Origin: a bacterium
Lineage (GTDB): Bacteria; UBA8248
Assembly (NCBI GenBank): GCA_965199855.1
Contig: OZ241326.1
Coordinates: 800,001-864,000 of the forward strand
DNA: 64,000 nucleotides
Direction: 5' to 3'
In this document: positions 39,245-49,181 of the stretch, piece by piece
Position numbering within the stretch: the stretch's first letter is position 1
Layout of the letters: every line of letters begins with the position of its first letter
Made by a program: the position numbers and the translations under genes
The notes under the pieces: model-generated
Told to the model about the DNA's origin: nothing
Database searches by the model: none
Seen by the model: the letters and a program-made list of their open reading frames with translations, nothing else

Positions 39245-40015
39245 ATGACGCGGGACGGGCTGAGGCTCTTCTACGCGGAGGCGCGGGCGGTTCGGGAGGG
39301 GCGCGCCGCCCTGGGGCCGGAGGAGGCCGCTCACGCCAGCCGCGTTCTCAGGATGAAGCCGGGCGAGGTTTGCCGCGTGGCGACCGAGGAGGGCCGCGAA
39401 TACCTCGTGAGATGGACGGAAGTCTCCGCCGCCGGATGCGCCGGCGAAATCCTCGAGCGCCTGCCCGCGAGACCGCCCTCCCCCCTTTCGATTTCGCTCG
39501 GCCTGCCGCTGCTCAGGGGGGAGCGGTTTGAATGGACGCTTGCGAAGGGCTGCGAGCTCGGGGTCTGCGCGTTTCATCCGCTCGCGCTCGATCGGTGCGA
39601 GGCCAGGGTGCGGGAGAAGAAGAGCGCCGCGCGCCTGGGCCGCTGGCGGCGCGTCATCCTGGAAGCCTCCAAGCAGTGCGACCGCGTCCCCCCGCCCGAG
39701 GCGCGCGACCCGGGCGGACTGGACGACTACCTGGACGCGACGAGGGACTGCGACCTCAAGCTGATGGGCTTTCTGGGAGAAGGCGCGGGTTCCCTCGAGC
39801 AGGCGCTCTCACAGGCGCGCGATCGCGCGAATGGCGAGCCGCTTCGGGCCGCGCTCCTGACGGGCCCCGAGGGAGACTTCACGGATGAGGAATCCCGCCG
39901 GGCGATGGACGCGGGCTTCGCCCCGGTATCCCTGGGGCCGAGAATCCTGCGGGCGGACACGGCGCCCCTCGCGCTCGCCGCCATCGCGCAGCACGTCCTG
40001 GGCGACATGGGCTGA
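39245..40015 (+). CDS. rsmE: 16S rRNA m3U1498 methyltransferase
   Basis: HASRVLRMKPG, KGCELG, EASKQC, GPEGDF, SLGPRILRADTA. Confidence 0.93.
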   Translation: MTRDGLRLFYAEARAVREGRAALGPEEAAHASRVLRMKPGEVCRVATEEGREYLVRWTEVSAAGCAGEILERLPARPPSPLSISLGLPLLRGERFEWTLAKGCELGVCAFHPLALDRCEARVREKKSAARLGRWRRVILEASKQCDRVPPPEARDPGGLDDYLDATRDCDLKLMGFLGEGAGSLEQALSQARDRANGEPLRAALLTGPEGDFTDEESRRAMDAGFAPVSLGPRILRADTAPLALAAIAQHVLGDMG

Positions 40016-40108
40016 CATGCCGCTCCCCCGCCTGACGCCCCATCGCTTGACGCCTCCCCCGCCCCGTCCCAGGCCGCGGCTTTCCCCGCTTCAGGACGGA
40101 CGCTTCCG

Positions 40109-41389
40109 ATGAAGATCATCATCGTGGGGAGCGGCGGGCGCGAACACGCCCTGGCCTGGAAGCTGGGCCGCAGCCCGGAGGTGGACGAAGTCGTCTGCGC
40201 CCCCGGAAACGCGGGCACGGCGCGCGTCGGGCGCAACGCGCCGGTCGGGGCGGAGGACGTCGCGGGCCTCGTCGCGCTGGCGAGAGAGGAGAAGCCCGGC
40301 CTCGTCGTCGTCGGCCCCGAAGCCCCCCTCGCGCTCGGTCTCGTGGACGCGCTGGAGGCGGCCGGCGTCCGCGCGTTCGGCCCCTCGGCCGCGGCCGCCC
40401 GCATCGAGGCGAGCAAGGCGTTCTCCAAGGCGCTCATGGACGAGGCGGGAATCCCCACCGCCGCCTACGGGGTATTCGAGGAGGCGGAGGAGGCCGGAAG
40501 CTTCGTCTCGGAGCGCGGCGGCGCCTGGGCGGTGAAGGCGGACGGGCTGGCCGCCGGCAAGGGCGTCCTCCTTTGCCCCGACCCTCCGAGCGCGCGCGAG
40601 GCCATCTCCCGAATCATGGAGGAGAGGGCGTTCGGCGAGGCGGGCGCCCGATGCGTAGTGGAGGAGTTCCTCGAGGGCGAGGAGGCGAGTTTCCTCGCGT
40701 TCGTGGACGGCGAAGCCGCGCTCCCGATGGCCTCCGCCCAGGATCACAAGGCCGTCGGCGAGGGCGACGTCGGGCCCAACACGGGCGGCATGGGCGCGTA
40801 CTCTCCCGCTCCGGCGCTGTCGGGCGCGCTCGAGCGCAAGGCGCTCGAAACCGTCATCCAGCCCGCCGTCGACGCCATGGCGAGAAGGGGAACCCCCTAC
40901 AAGGGGGTTCTCTACGCCGGCCTCATGGCGCGGGGGGACGACCTGAAAGTCCTGGAATTCAACTGCCGGTTCGGCGACCCCGAATGCCAGCCGCTCCTCA
41001 TGCGCATGGAGGGGGACTTGCTGCCCCTCCTCATCGCGTGCGCGGAGGGCGGGCTGCGCGGAATGAAGGTGGATTATTCGGAGGACGCCGCCGTCTGCGT
41101 CGTCATGGCCGCGGGCGGCTATCCGGACGCCTACCGCAAGGGCGACGTGATTCGGGGAATCGACGACGCCGACGCCCTGCCCGGCGCGCGCGTCTTTCAC
41201 GCCGGAACGGCGCTGAACGACGCGGGCGAGGTGGTGACCGCGGGCGGCCGCGTGCTGGGCGTCACCGCGCGAGGGGCGGACGCGCGCGCCGCCATCGCGC
41301 GCGCCTACGAGGCGAGCGACCTCATCCACTGGGAAGACGCCTACTACCGAAAGGACATCGGCGCCAAGGCGCTCAGACGCCCTGGCTGA
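40109..41389 (+). CDS. purD: Phosphoribosylamine-glycine ligase
   Basis: GSGGREHAL, KADGLAAGKGV, GPNTGGMGAY, EFNCRFGDPE. Confidence 0.97.
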   Translation: MKIIIVGSGGREHALAWKLGRSPEVDEVVCAPGNAGTARVGRNAPVGAEDVAGLVALAREEKPGLVVVGPEAPLALGLVDALEAAGVRAFGPSAAAARIEASKAFSKALMDEAGIPTAAYGVFEEAEEAGSFVSERGGAWAVKADGLAAGKGVLLCPDPPSAREAISRIMEERAFGEAGARCVVEEFLEGEEASFLAFVDGEAALPMASAQDHKAVGEGDVGPNTGGMGAYSPAPALSGALERKALETVIQPAVDAMARRGTPYKGVLYAGLMARGDDLKVLEFNCRFGDPECQPLLMRMEGDLLPLLIACAEGGLRGMKVDYSEDAAVCVVMAAGGYPDAYRKGDVIRGIDDADALPGARVFHAGTALNDAGEVVTAGGRVLGVTARGADARAAIARAYEASDLIHWEDAYYRKDIGAKALRRPG

Positions 41390-41460
41390 GCGATGGCGGC
41401 GGCCGCCGCCTGAAAGCCCTCACCCCCGCCCGAAGCGAGCGGCGCAATCCGCCTCCGCGG

Positions 41461-41844
41461 TCAGGGGCCGCGCTTCACCCACGGAAATTTGTCATCGAGG
41501 CCCGGCCACGTCTCCCGGATGGCGAAAAAGCAGATGCCTATCCAGATGGCCAGCCCCAGGTCGAAGCCCTCGAGTATCCGCATCATCCAGACGAAATCGA
41601 ACGCGCCCAGAACGATCGCCGCGAGGTAGGCGCACCACGTGAACCCGCGCCAGGCTCCCAGCCCGAACAGGGCCAGGGCGGCGCCTCCCGCCAGCGTCGG
41701 CCAGCCGTAGCCCACCCTGCCCGGCTGATTCGTCCAGAGCGCCGACGCGGTGAAGGCGAGCATCAGCAGCGCGACCAGCAGCGCGACCCGCGCCGCGCGC
41801 CCGGGGTCGAACGCTCTCTCCCCGCTTCCGCCGGATTCGCTCAT
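41461..41844 (-). CDS. Hypothetical membrane protein (about 4 TM)
   Basis: GAGAGGA RBS; four hydrophobic segments. Confidence 0.7.
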   Translation of the reverse strand: MSESGGSGERAFDPGRAARVALLVALLMLAFTASALWTNQPGRVGYGWPTLAGGAALALFGLGAWRGFTWCAYLAAIVLGAFDFVWMMRILEGFDLGLAIWIGICFFAIRETWPGLDDKFPWVKRGP

Positions 41845-41977
41845 CGTCCTCTCGCTCTGGAAGGGCCGCGCCGCGCGAAGGAAGGCTACGGCATCCGCCT
41901 CCCGTTGCCTAGCCGCTCCCGCGTGTGATGTAATCGGGCGGATGAAATCCCTTGTCATCTTTCGAGGAGGACGCGCT

Positions 41978-43024
41978 TTGAAGGCGATGGTGCTGAGAGA
42001 GCCGGGAAAACCCTTCGTCGAGGAGGAATATCCGGACCCCGAGCCCGGCCCCGGCGAGGCCGTCGCGAAGGTGCTCGCCTGCGGCGCCGGGCTGACGATC
42101 CACCACGCCCGCATGGGGCGGGTGCCCGGGGTGGAGTATCCCCTCGTCATCGGCCACGAGATCACGGGGGTGATCACCGCCGTGGGCGCGGGCGCGGAGG
42201 GGCTCGGGGAAGGCGACGCGGTGACCGCCTACTTCTACGTCACCTGCGGCGCCTGCAAATGGTGCCGCGTCAACCGCGAGACGCTGTGCGAGAATTTCGC
42301 GGGCTACGTCGGCCGCCAGGCGCAGGGCGCCTACGCGGAATACATCAAGCTCCCCGCGCGAAACTTCCTCAAGCTCCCGGCGGGGCTCGACCACGAGAAG
42401 AACGCGGCGGAGGTCTCCGTCATCTGCGACGCGATAGCCACCCCCTACAAGGTGACGAAGCGCGCGCGCATCGCGCCGACGGAGACGGTGGCCGTCATGG
42501 GCGCGGGCGGCGGCGTGGGAATCCACATGGTGATGATGGCGAAGTGGGCGCACGCGAGCGTCATCGCCGTGGACGTCGAGGCGAACAAGCTGGGCAAATG
42601 CCGCGACGTGGGCGCGGACGAGGCGGTGGACGCCTCGCGGGGGGACGTGGCCGGCGCGCTGCTCGACCTCACGGGGGGGGCGGGCGTGGACGTGGTGATC
42701 GATTTCGTCTCCTCCTCCGCCACGCTGGAGGCGGGCGTCCGAGCGCTGGGGCGCGGCGGGCGTCTGGTCGCCCTGGGCGGCACGGGCCAGCCGTTTCAAT
42801 CCGCGGCGCGCGATCTGGTGCAGAAGGAGCTGGAGCTTCTGGGCAGCCGATACGCGACGAAGCAGGAGGTGAAGGAGTCGCTCGACATCGTGGCGCGGGG
42901 CGACGTCTGGCCCGTGGTGACGGAGACCTACCCGTTCCGCGTCGATGAGGTGGAAAAGGTCCACGAGCGGCTGGAGCGCGCCGCCGTCACGGGCCGCGCC
43001 GTCATCGTGATGGACGAGGCCTGA
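41978..43024 (+). CDS. Zinc-binding alcohol dehydrogenase family
   Basis: TTG after GAGGAGG; IGHE, CGACKWC...C, GAGGGVG. Confidence 0.9.
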   Translation: MKAMVLREPGKPFVEEEYPDPEPGPGEAVAKVLACGAGLTIHHARMGRVPGVEYPLVIGHEITGVITAVGAGAEGLGEGDAVTAYFYVTCGACKWCRVNRETLCENFAGYVGRQAQGAYAEYIKLPARNFLKLPAGLDHEKNAAEVSVICDAIATPYKVTKRARIAPTETVAVMGAGGGVGIHMVMMAKWAHASVIAVDVEANKLGKCRDVGADEAVDASRGDVAGALLDLTGGAGVDVVIDFVSSSATLEAGVRALGRGGRLVALGGTGQPFQSAARDLVQKELELLGSRYATKQEVKESLDIVARGDVWPVVTETYPFRVDEVEKVHERLERAAVTGRAVIVMDEA

Positions 43025-43036
43025 GCGGCCGGCGGG

Positions 43037-43732
43037 CTAGTTGACGATCTCCCACTGCCCGTCGGGCCGCCGGCAGGCCGTCCCGTAGGCGCTCTCCTCC
43101 CTGCCGTCCACCACGACCGTCTGCTGGAATTCGCGGCAATACTGGTCGCGCTCGTTCTTGAAGGCGGGCTCCGGCACCACCACGCCGCACGCGCGCCCGC
43201 CGGAGACGCGCCAGATGGTTCGCGTGCCGGAGGGCCGGCTTTCGAGCGCGTATTGCGTGGCGCCGGCGAGCCGGTATCTCGCGGCCTCGTCGAGCTCCCG
43301 CCCGACGCCCGAGCCCACGCCCGCGCCGATGATCGTCCCCAGGAACATCGCCAGCGCCTTTCTTCCGCCCCCGTCTCCGATTTGATAGCCGACGGCGGCG
43401 CCGCCTATCGCGCCCAGCAGCGCCAGGAGACCCTCGTGATCCGGCGCGCGGGACGCGCAGACCGCCTCGACGTAATATCCCTCGCCGCCGTCGTGGGAAT
43501 GCCCGACGCGCCGGTGGACGTGGTCGTCATGCGCGTGGTGATGATGAAGATGGACGACGGGCGGGCTGCGCCAGAGCGGATATACGAAGCGCGGGCCATG
43601 CCAGAACGAATAGTGAACGAAATGCCGGCGCCAGTGGCGTCGCCCATGCTTGCGGCCGGCCTCCGCCAGGTCGTTGATCGCGAAAACGCCCGCCATGACG
43701 CTCAAGACGAAGATGATTCCGAAGCGCCTCAT
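43037..43732 (-). CDS. 17-kDa surface antigen family protein with His-rich N-terminal region
   Basis: Signal peptide; HLHHHHAHDDHVH; Gly zipper; YCREFQQTVVVDG...YGTACRRPDGQWEI. Confidence 0.82.
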   Translation of the reverse strand: MRRFGIIFVLSVMAGVFAINDLAEAGRKHGRRHWRRHFVHYSFWHGPRFVYPLWRSPPVVHLHHHHAHDDHVHRRVGHSHDGGEGYYVEAVCASRAPDHEGLLALLGAIGGAAVGYQIGDGGGRKALAMFLGTIIGAGVGSGVGRELDEAARYRLAGATQYALESRPSGTRTIWRVSGGRACGVVVPEPAFKNERDQYCREFQQTVVVDGREESAYGTACRRPDGQWEIVN

Positions 43733-43929
43733 TCGTCCATCCCCCCTGGGTATTCCCGCCGCTTGCCGCGCGCCGCCCCTGCTCTACCAAAAATTCCCGA
43801 ACAGGGAAACTGTCCTGATTGTATCATTCAACGAGGCCGGATTCCACCCCTTTTCAAGCCGTTGACGCGAGGAGCGCGCCCCGCTTCCGCCCGTGCCGCG
43901 CCCCGGGGATCAACCCGGCGCGGGCGCGC

Positions 43930-44778
43930 TCACCCGACTTCGATCAACAGCCGGCAGTGGTCGCTCGGTCCCCATTCGTCCACGCCGTTCATGGCGCGAA
44001 CGGAGACGCTCTCGTGAAACCCCCGGGAGGCGAAGACGTAGTCGAGTTGATGTTGGGTACTGTGAAAGGTCGGGACGTTCCGCGTGTCTTTCGGCACGCC
44101 CTGCGGCGGAGGCTCCGCGCGCCTTCCGCCTGTTCCGTCTGGATGATATTGGGGTCCCATGAACTCGAGACCCAGCGCGTCCATCCGCTCGAATATCGTA
44201 CGATCCCGCGCCGGGAGCGCGAGCGTGCTCTTCTCCGTCGCGCCACGAATCGTGTTGAAGTCGCCCGCCGCCAGAATGCGGTGGGTCGAGGGATCCGTGT
44301 CGCCGATGAACGCGGAGATATCCGAGATGACCCGGTGGGCCGAGGCGTCCTGATAGCCGACGAACCACTTCGTCGGAACCTTCGGCTTGAGCCAGGCCGC
44401 ACACAGCGAGAACGCTATGAACGGCTCTCCCTCTCCCTCCTCCGGAGTCACCCGGGCGGCCGCGATTGTCCCGATCTCGCTGACCGCGATTTCATCACAC
44501 TTCACCGCCGCGCTGTTCAGGAAAACTCGCTTGAACCATTCGACCTCGACCCGGTCGGAGAGTTTCACGACCGCCGCTCCCCATTTATGCGCTTTCTGGC
44601 CAAAGAGATCTGCATCCCACGGCTCCCAGGGGGCTTGCGGCCCACACTCGACCGAATGCCCCAGATCGGGCGGCCTGCCCGCCTCCTGCAGCAGGGCAAC
44701 ATCCGCGTCCATCTCCAGCAGCTCCTCCCAAGACTGCCTTTTGTTTTGTTTGATATTCCAGCAGACGACTTTCGTCAT
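43930..44778 (-). CDS. Endonuclease/exonuclease/phosphatase family protein
   Basis: WNI, DVALLQE, AGDFN, LDYVF, SDH motifs. Confidence 0.88.
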   Translation of the reverse strand: MTKVVCWNIKQNKRQSWEELLEMDADVALLQEAGRPPDLGHSVECGPQAPWEPWDADLFGQKAHKWGAAVVKLSDRVEVEWFKRVFLNSAAVKCDEIAVSEIGTIAAARVTPEEGEGEPFIAFSLCAAWLKPKVPTKWFVGYQDASAHRVISDISAFIGDTDPSTHRILAAGDFNTIRGATEKSTLALPARDRTIFERMDALGLEFMGPQYHPDGTGGRRAEPPPQGVPKDTRNVPTFHSTQHQLDYVFASRGFHESVSVRAMNGVDEWGPSDHCRLLIEVG

Positions 44779-45035
44779 AGCGCGCTCCGGTTCTTCTCAT
44801 CCGCAGGCTCCGGCGGCCTTGCGCCGGGTCTTCGGACATTCGCCTTCGTTCATTCGCGCCGGCCAGCATAGCCGAGCGAAGCCGCCCGAACAACCCGGGA
44901 GCCGCCCCGGGGCGGATGGCCCGATGCTTTCCCGTCCCGGGGAGGACGGCCCCGCCCGCGCTTTGAAGATGCGCGCCGCGCGCGTAGAATCGCCTTTACG
45001 CGAGATCACGAGACCATCCGGGAGGTCGGACAGAC

Positions 45036-45491
45036 ATGAGCGAGGGCGTTCCGTTCGAGAAATGGGAAGTCGGGAGCAGGCTCATCACCCGGGGAAGAAC
45101 CATCACCGAGACCGACGTGGTGAGCTACGTCAACCTGGTGGGCTACGCGGAGAGCCTGTTTCTCGACATGGAATTCCTGCGGGAGCAGGGCCACGAGAAG
45201 CGCATGGCGCCCGCCCTGTTCACCTGCGCGATCGCGGACACGCTCATCGTCCAGACGGGCGTTCTGCGCGACTACGCGGTCGCGCTCCTGGGGGTGGACG
45301 GCCTCGCCGCCCGCGCGCCCGTCTACGTGGGCGACACGCTGAGGGTGGAGGTGGAGACGACGGCGGTTCGCCCCTCGAGGAGCCGGCCCGACCGGGGCGT
45401 CGTCTCCACGCATCAGCGGGTGATGAACCAGAGGAGCGAGGTCGTCCTCGAATACGACGTGAAGCGGATGCTGCTCAGAAGCGCGCCGTAG
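45036..45491 (+). CDS. MaoC-family dehydratase
   Basis: GRTITETD, APVYVGDTL, SRSRPDRGVV. Confidence 0.88.
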   Translation: MSEGVPFEKWEVGSRLITRGRTITETDVVSYVNLVGYAESLFLDMEFLREQGHEKRMAPALFTCAIADTLIVQTGVLRDYAVALLGVDGLAARAPVYVGDTLRVEVETTAVRPSRSRPDRGVVSTHQRVMNQRSEVVLEYDVKRMLLRSAP

Positions 45492-45505
45492 CCGGCGCCG
45501 CGCCC

Positions 45506-46483
45506 CTACAGCCCGAAAAACGCCCTGGCCGTTCCGCTCCAGACGCTTTCCGCCTCCTCGGGGGAGAGCGCCAGCCCGTTCACCAGATCCACGTGCCGCT
45601 TCACGGGAACCCAGGGGGCGTCGCTGGCGAACATGACGCGCGAGGCGCCCATCTCCTTCAGGGCGAACGCGAGCGCCGTTTCGGAATGGACGACGGCGTC
45701 CGTATGGAAGCGCTCGAAGTAGGCGCTCGGCGGCCGGGCGATGCAATCCCCCTCCTCCCGGTAGCGCGCGCTCAGGCTGTCCACCCGTCCGATGAACAGG
45801 GGGAGCGAGGCGCCCCCGTGCGGCAAAAGCGCCTTCAGGGTCGGGTGGCGCTCCAGAACCCCGCCCAGAATGAGCCGGAGCGCGGCCAGGCACTCGTCGA
45901 ACATGAAGCCTATGAGCGGCCCCAGCCAGTAATCCCGATACTGGGGCGCCGAGGGGGAGGGGCCCGGGTGCAGGACGAGAGGGACGCCGCGCTCCGCCAG
46001 AAGCGCCCACAGGGGCTCGTGGGCGGGATCGTCGATGCGGCGCCTCCCGCCCACGTAGGCGAAGACCTGCAGGGCGACGAAGTCCAGCTCGTCCGCGCAG
46101 CGCTCGAGCTCACGGCAGGCCGCGTCCACGTCCCCGAAGCCGAGCGAGGCCACGCCCCGAAACCGCCCCGGGTGGCGCGCGGCGGCCTCGGCCAGGCCGT
46201 CGTTGCCGATGCGGGCGAGCTCGTCCGCTTCCTTCGGGCTCCTCGCCAGGTCCGGGCCCGGAATGTTCAGGCTGATGAGGGCGAGGTCTATTTCCTGCTC
46301 GTCCATCTCGGCGAGCTTGAGGGAGATGTCGAGGGCGGGAGCGCGCATCGGGAGCTTCTCGTCCGGACTCGCCCACGCCCACCAGAAATCCCCGGCCTTC
46401 TCGTAGCGGGGAAAATCCGAGCGGGCGGCGAGCGCCTTGACGTAGGCCGGCGGTACGTGATGGGTTTGAACGTCGACGCGCAT
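45506..46483 (-). CDS. Amidohydrolase family protein (ACMSD-like)
   Basis: DVQTH, VLHP, PHGG, VMFASDAPW. Confidence 0.87.
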   Translation of the reverse strand: MRVDVQTHHVPPAYVKALAARSDFPRYEKAGDFWWAWASPDEKLPMRAPALDISLKLAEMDEQEIDLALISLNIPGPDLARSPKEADELARIGNDGLAEAAARHPGRFRGVASLGFGDVDAACRELERCADELDFVALQVFAYVGGRRRIDDPAHEPLWALLAERGVPLVLHPGPSPSAPQYRDYWLGPLIGFMFDECLAALRLILGGVLERHPTLKALLPHGGASLPLFIGRVDSLSARYREEGDCIARPPSAYFERFHTDAVVHSETALAFALKEMGASRVMFASDAPWVPVKRHVDLVNGLALSPEEAESVWSGTARAFFGL

Positions 46484-46570
46484 GGAATCCTCCTGAAGCG
46501 CGGGGGGGTCTGACGCGCGGAAATTATTCCCCCGAAGCGGTTCGGACGCAAACGAGACGAGGAGGCGATT

Positions 46571-47629
46571 GTGAAAACGACAGGCGTGGCCGTCATCGGC
46601 GCGGGAGGCATCGGAACGCTCAGGGCGCACTCCTGCGCGCAGATTCCCCAGGTGGACTATCTCGCGGTGTGCGACATCGTCCCCGAGAAGCTCGACCGCC
46701 TGGCGGAATCGGTGCGCGCGGACGCGGCGACGGAGAAATACGAGGAGGCGATACGCGATGAGCGCGTGGGCGCCGTCATCGTCTCCTCCGATGAGGAATA
46801 CCACCACGGGCCCGCCGCGCTGGCGGCCGAGCTCGGCAAGCCCGCGCTCATCGAAAAGCCCTTCGTCCTCGATCTGGACGAGGCGGACGACATTCTGGCG
46901 AAGGCGGAGAAGTCGGGCGCGGAGGTTTTCGTGGGCTACACCCAGCGCTACCGGAGGCGCTTTCTGCTGGCGAAGCAGGCGGCCTTCGCGGGGCAGCTGG
47001 GCGACATCGTGATGGCGCTCGGAAAAATCTACGTGACGCGCGCCGTGGGCGAGGCGGTGGCGAGGCGCTCGCCCAACACCACGCCCTCCGTCAACACGCT
47101 CACCTACATGGTCGATCTGATTCTCTGGTACATGGAGGGGAAAAGGCCCGTCGAGGTCTATGCCCGCTCGGCGAGCTTCGTGTTCAAGAAATACGAGCGC
47201 GACGACTTCCAGTGGATGATCGTCACCTTCGACGACGGCAGCGTGGCCACGCTGGGCACGAGCTGGCTCCCGCCCCACCACTGGCCCGCCTACACCGCGA
47301 CGATGGAAATCGACCTCCAGGGAACGAAGGGCTCGCTGAACGTGGACGACGCGCACCGCGACGTGATTCTCGCGCCCGAGGAGGCGATTCCCTGCCCCTA
47401 CACGCCCGAGCATCAGGTGAACGTGGCCTTTCTCGGGTCCGCCATGCCGGGAGACTTCGTGATGGGCGAGTTCTTCGGCCCCATGAAGGAGGAGACGGAC
47501 GCCTTCGCGCGCCGCGTTCTGGGCATCGGCGGCGTGGGACTCGCCACGGGCGCGCACGCCCGAGAGGTGCTGGCCCTCACCATGGCGGCGGACAGATCGT
47601 GCAGGGAGGGAAAGCCCGTAGAGCTCTAG
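46571..47629 (+). CDS. Gfo/Idh/MocA oxidoreductase
   Basis: IGAGGIG, IEKP, VGYTQRY. Confidence 0.9.
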   Translation: MKTTGVAVIGAGGIGTLRAHSCAQIPQVDYLAVCDIVPEKLDRLAESVRADAATEKYEEAIRDERVGAVIVSSDEEYHHGPAALAAELGKPALIEKPFVLDLDEADDILAKAEKSGAEVFVGYTQRYRRRFLLAKQAAFAGQLGDIVMALGKIYVTRAVGEAVARRSPNTTPSVNTLTYMVDLILWYMEGKRPVEVYARSASFVFKKYERDDFQWMIVTFDDGSVATLGTSWLPPHHWPAYTATMEIDLQGTKGSLNVDDAHRDVILAPEEAIPCPYTPEHQVNVAFLGSAMPGDFVMGEFFGPMKEETDAFARRVLGIGGVGLATGAHAREVLALTMAADRSCREGKPVEL

Positions 47630-47684
47630 GAGCGAGAGGGAGGAAGCGCGGCGGCCGCTCCTTCCCTCGCCGTATCGGGCGGAA

Positions 47685-49178
47685 TCAGCGCGCCATCAGG
47701 CTTCTGATCTGCGCCTCGAGCGGCTCCGTCCCAAGCCGCCCGAAGCCGAGATGGCGCGAGAGGGCGTCGCCGTCCCGGCGCTGGCCGTCCCGCCACAACT
47801 CCGTCAGGAACGCGCCGCTCGCCTCGCTCGCCCACCACCTGCGGCCGAACCTCCCCTTGAGCGTCTCCGACAGCTGCGCCTGGAGCATCCAGGCCCGGAG
47901 ATAGTTCGCGCAGTAGAAGAACGGGTCCACGTCGTCGAGCCAGGAGGCCTCGGGAAACTCCACCCCCGTGGCCGCGCCCAGCTTCTCCCGATAGAGGTCG
48001 GCCTTGCCCGCCAGCTCCGCGCCCCGGTGAAGCGCGAGCTCGTAGTCCACCTTCGCCGCGTAGCGCCTCAGCATATACAGCTCGAAAAGCGCGTGACGGC
48101 GCAGAAACGCCGCGTAGTCGGACGCCTCCCCGCCCAGGGCGTCCGCCAGCCAGAGCGGCTCCAGCAGAAGGTGGTCGAAGAGCATGGCGAACCCCTCGGT
48201 CACGGAGTTGTCGCCCAGGCGCCTCGCCTCGAAGCCCGCGTCTTCCGCCACGCCCGCGAAATGCAGGGCGTGGCCGAGCTCGTGCCAGAAGGCGCGGTAG
48301 TCGTCGTGCCCGCCCCGGGGCCTGATGACGAGATACACCTCCTCCGGCGCGCGCACGGCGGCGCAAAACGCGCGGGGGCTCTTGCGGGGGCGCTCCTCCA
48401 CGTCGAGGCGCACCCTGCCCTCCGCCAGCAGGTCGAGGCCCATCGCCGCGCAGATCTCTCTCGCGGACGACTCCATCTTCTCCGCCGGGAAAAGGCCGTC
48501 GAACGCCGCGCCCCGGAAAAGGCGAAGGGCGTCGTGGCGGCGCGCGGAGGAGACGGGAACGCCCTCCCGCCGCAGCGCCTCCTCCATCGCCTCGCCGTAG
48601 AGCGTCTCCGTGCGGCCGAGAAACCGGCGCATCTCATCCCGCACCGGCTCCAGCGGATAGGGCTTGAGCTCCGCCATCATCCCCAGATAGCCGCCGAAGC
48701 CGAGGCTTTCGGACATCCCGTGGGTGACGCGGTGGATTTCCTCCAGAAGCCCGTTCTTCTCCCCCAAGGCCTCCGAGCGGGCGTTTTCCAGAAACGTCCG
48801 CCTCGCCCTGTCCGGCTCGTTCAGGAGCGCGACGGCGCTCCCCCGGTAGGGAATCTCCTCGCCCGAGGCCGTCCTCACCATCGCGCGGGTCTCGAAGCGA
48901 AGCGCCCGATCGCTCAAATCCCCGCACGCATGGCGGATCGCGCCGAAGACCAGAAAGCCGAGCAGCGCGGAGAGCCGGGTGGATTCCGCCTCATCGTCCG
49001 CGGCGCGGGCCAGGGCGCGGACGGCCTCGACGCTCTCGCGCGCGAAGAGGTCGGCGTAGGCGGCGAGAATCTCGCCTAGGCGAACTTCCTCCTTCAGGCC
49101 CGCCCCGCACTCGTACCATTCCCTTCGGGATTCGACGAGAAAAGCCTCCGCCCGGGCGCGGAGCTCCGCCAGACGCAT
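47685..49178 (-). CDS. M3-like zinc metallopeptidase family protein
   Basis: RPRKSPRAFC, HELGHALH, SVTEGFA. Confidence 0.78.
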   Translation of the reverse strand: MRLAELRARAEAFLVESRREWYECGAGLKEEVRLGEILAAYADLFARESVEAVRALARAADDEAESTRLSALLGFLVFGAIRHACGDLSDRALRFETRAMVRTASGEEIPYRGSAVALLNEPDRARRTFLENARSEALGEKNGLLEEIHRVTHGMSESLGFGGYLGMMAELKPYPLEPVRDEMRRFLGRTETLYGEAMEEALRREGVPVSSARRHDALRLFRGAAFDGLFPAEKMESSAREICAAMGLDLLAEGRVRLDVEERPRKSPRAFCAAVRAPEEVYLVIRPRGGHDDYRAFWHELGHALHFAGVAEDAGFEARRLGDNSVTEGFAMLFDHLLLEPLWLADALGGEASDYAAFLRRHALFELYMLRRYAAKVDYELALHRGAELAGKADLYREKLGAATGVEFPEASWLDDVDPFFYCANYLRAWMLQAQLSETLKGRFGRRWWASEASGAFLTELWRDGQRRDGDALSRHLGFGRLGTEPLEAQIRSLMAR

Positions 49179-49181
49179 GGC

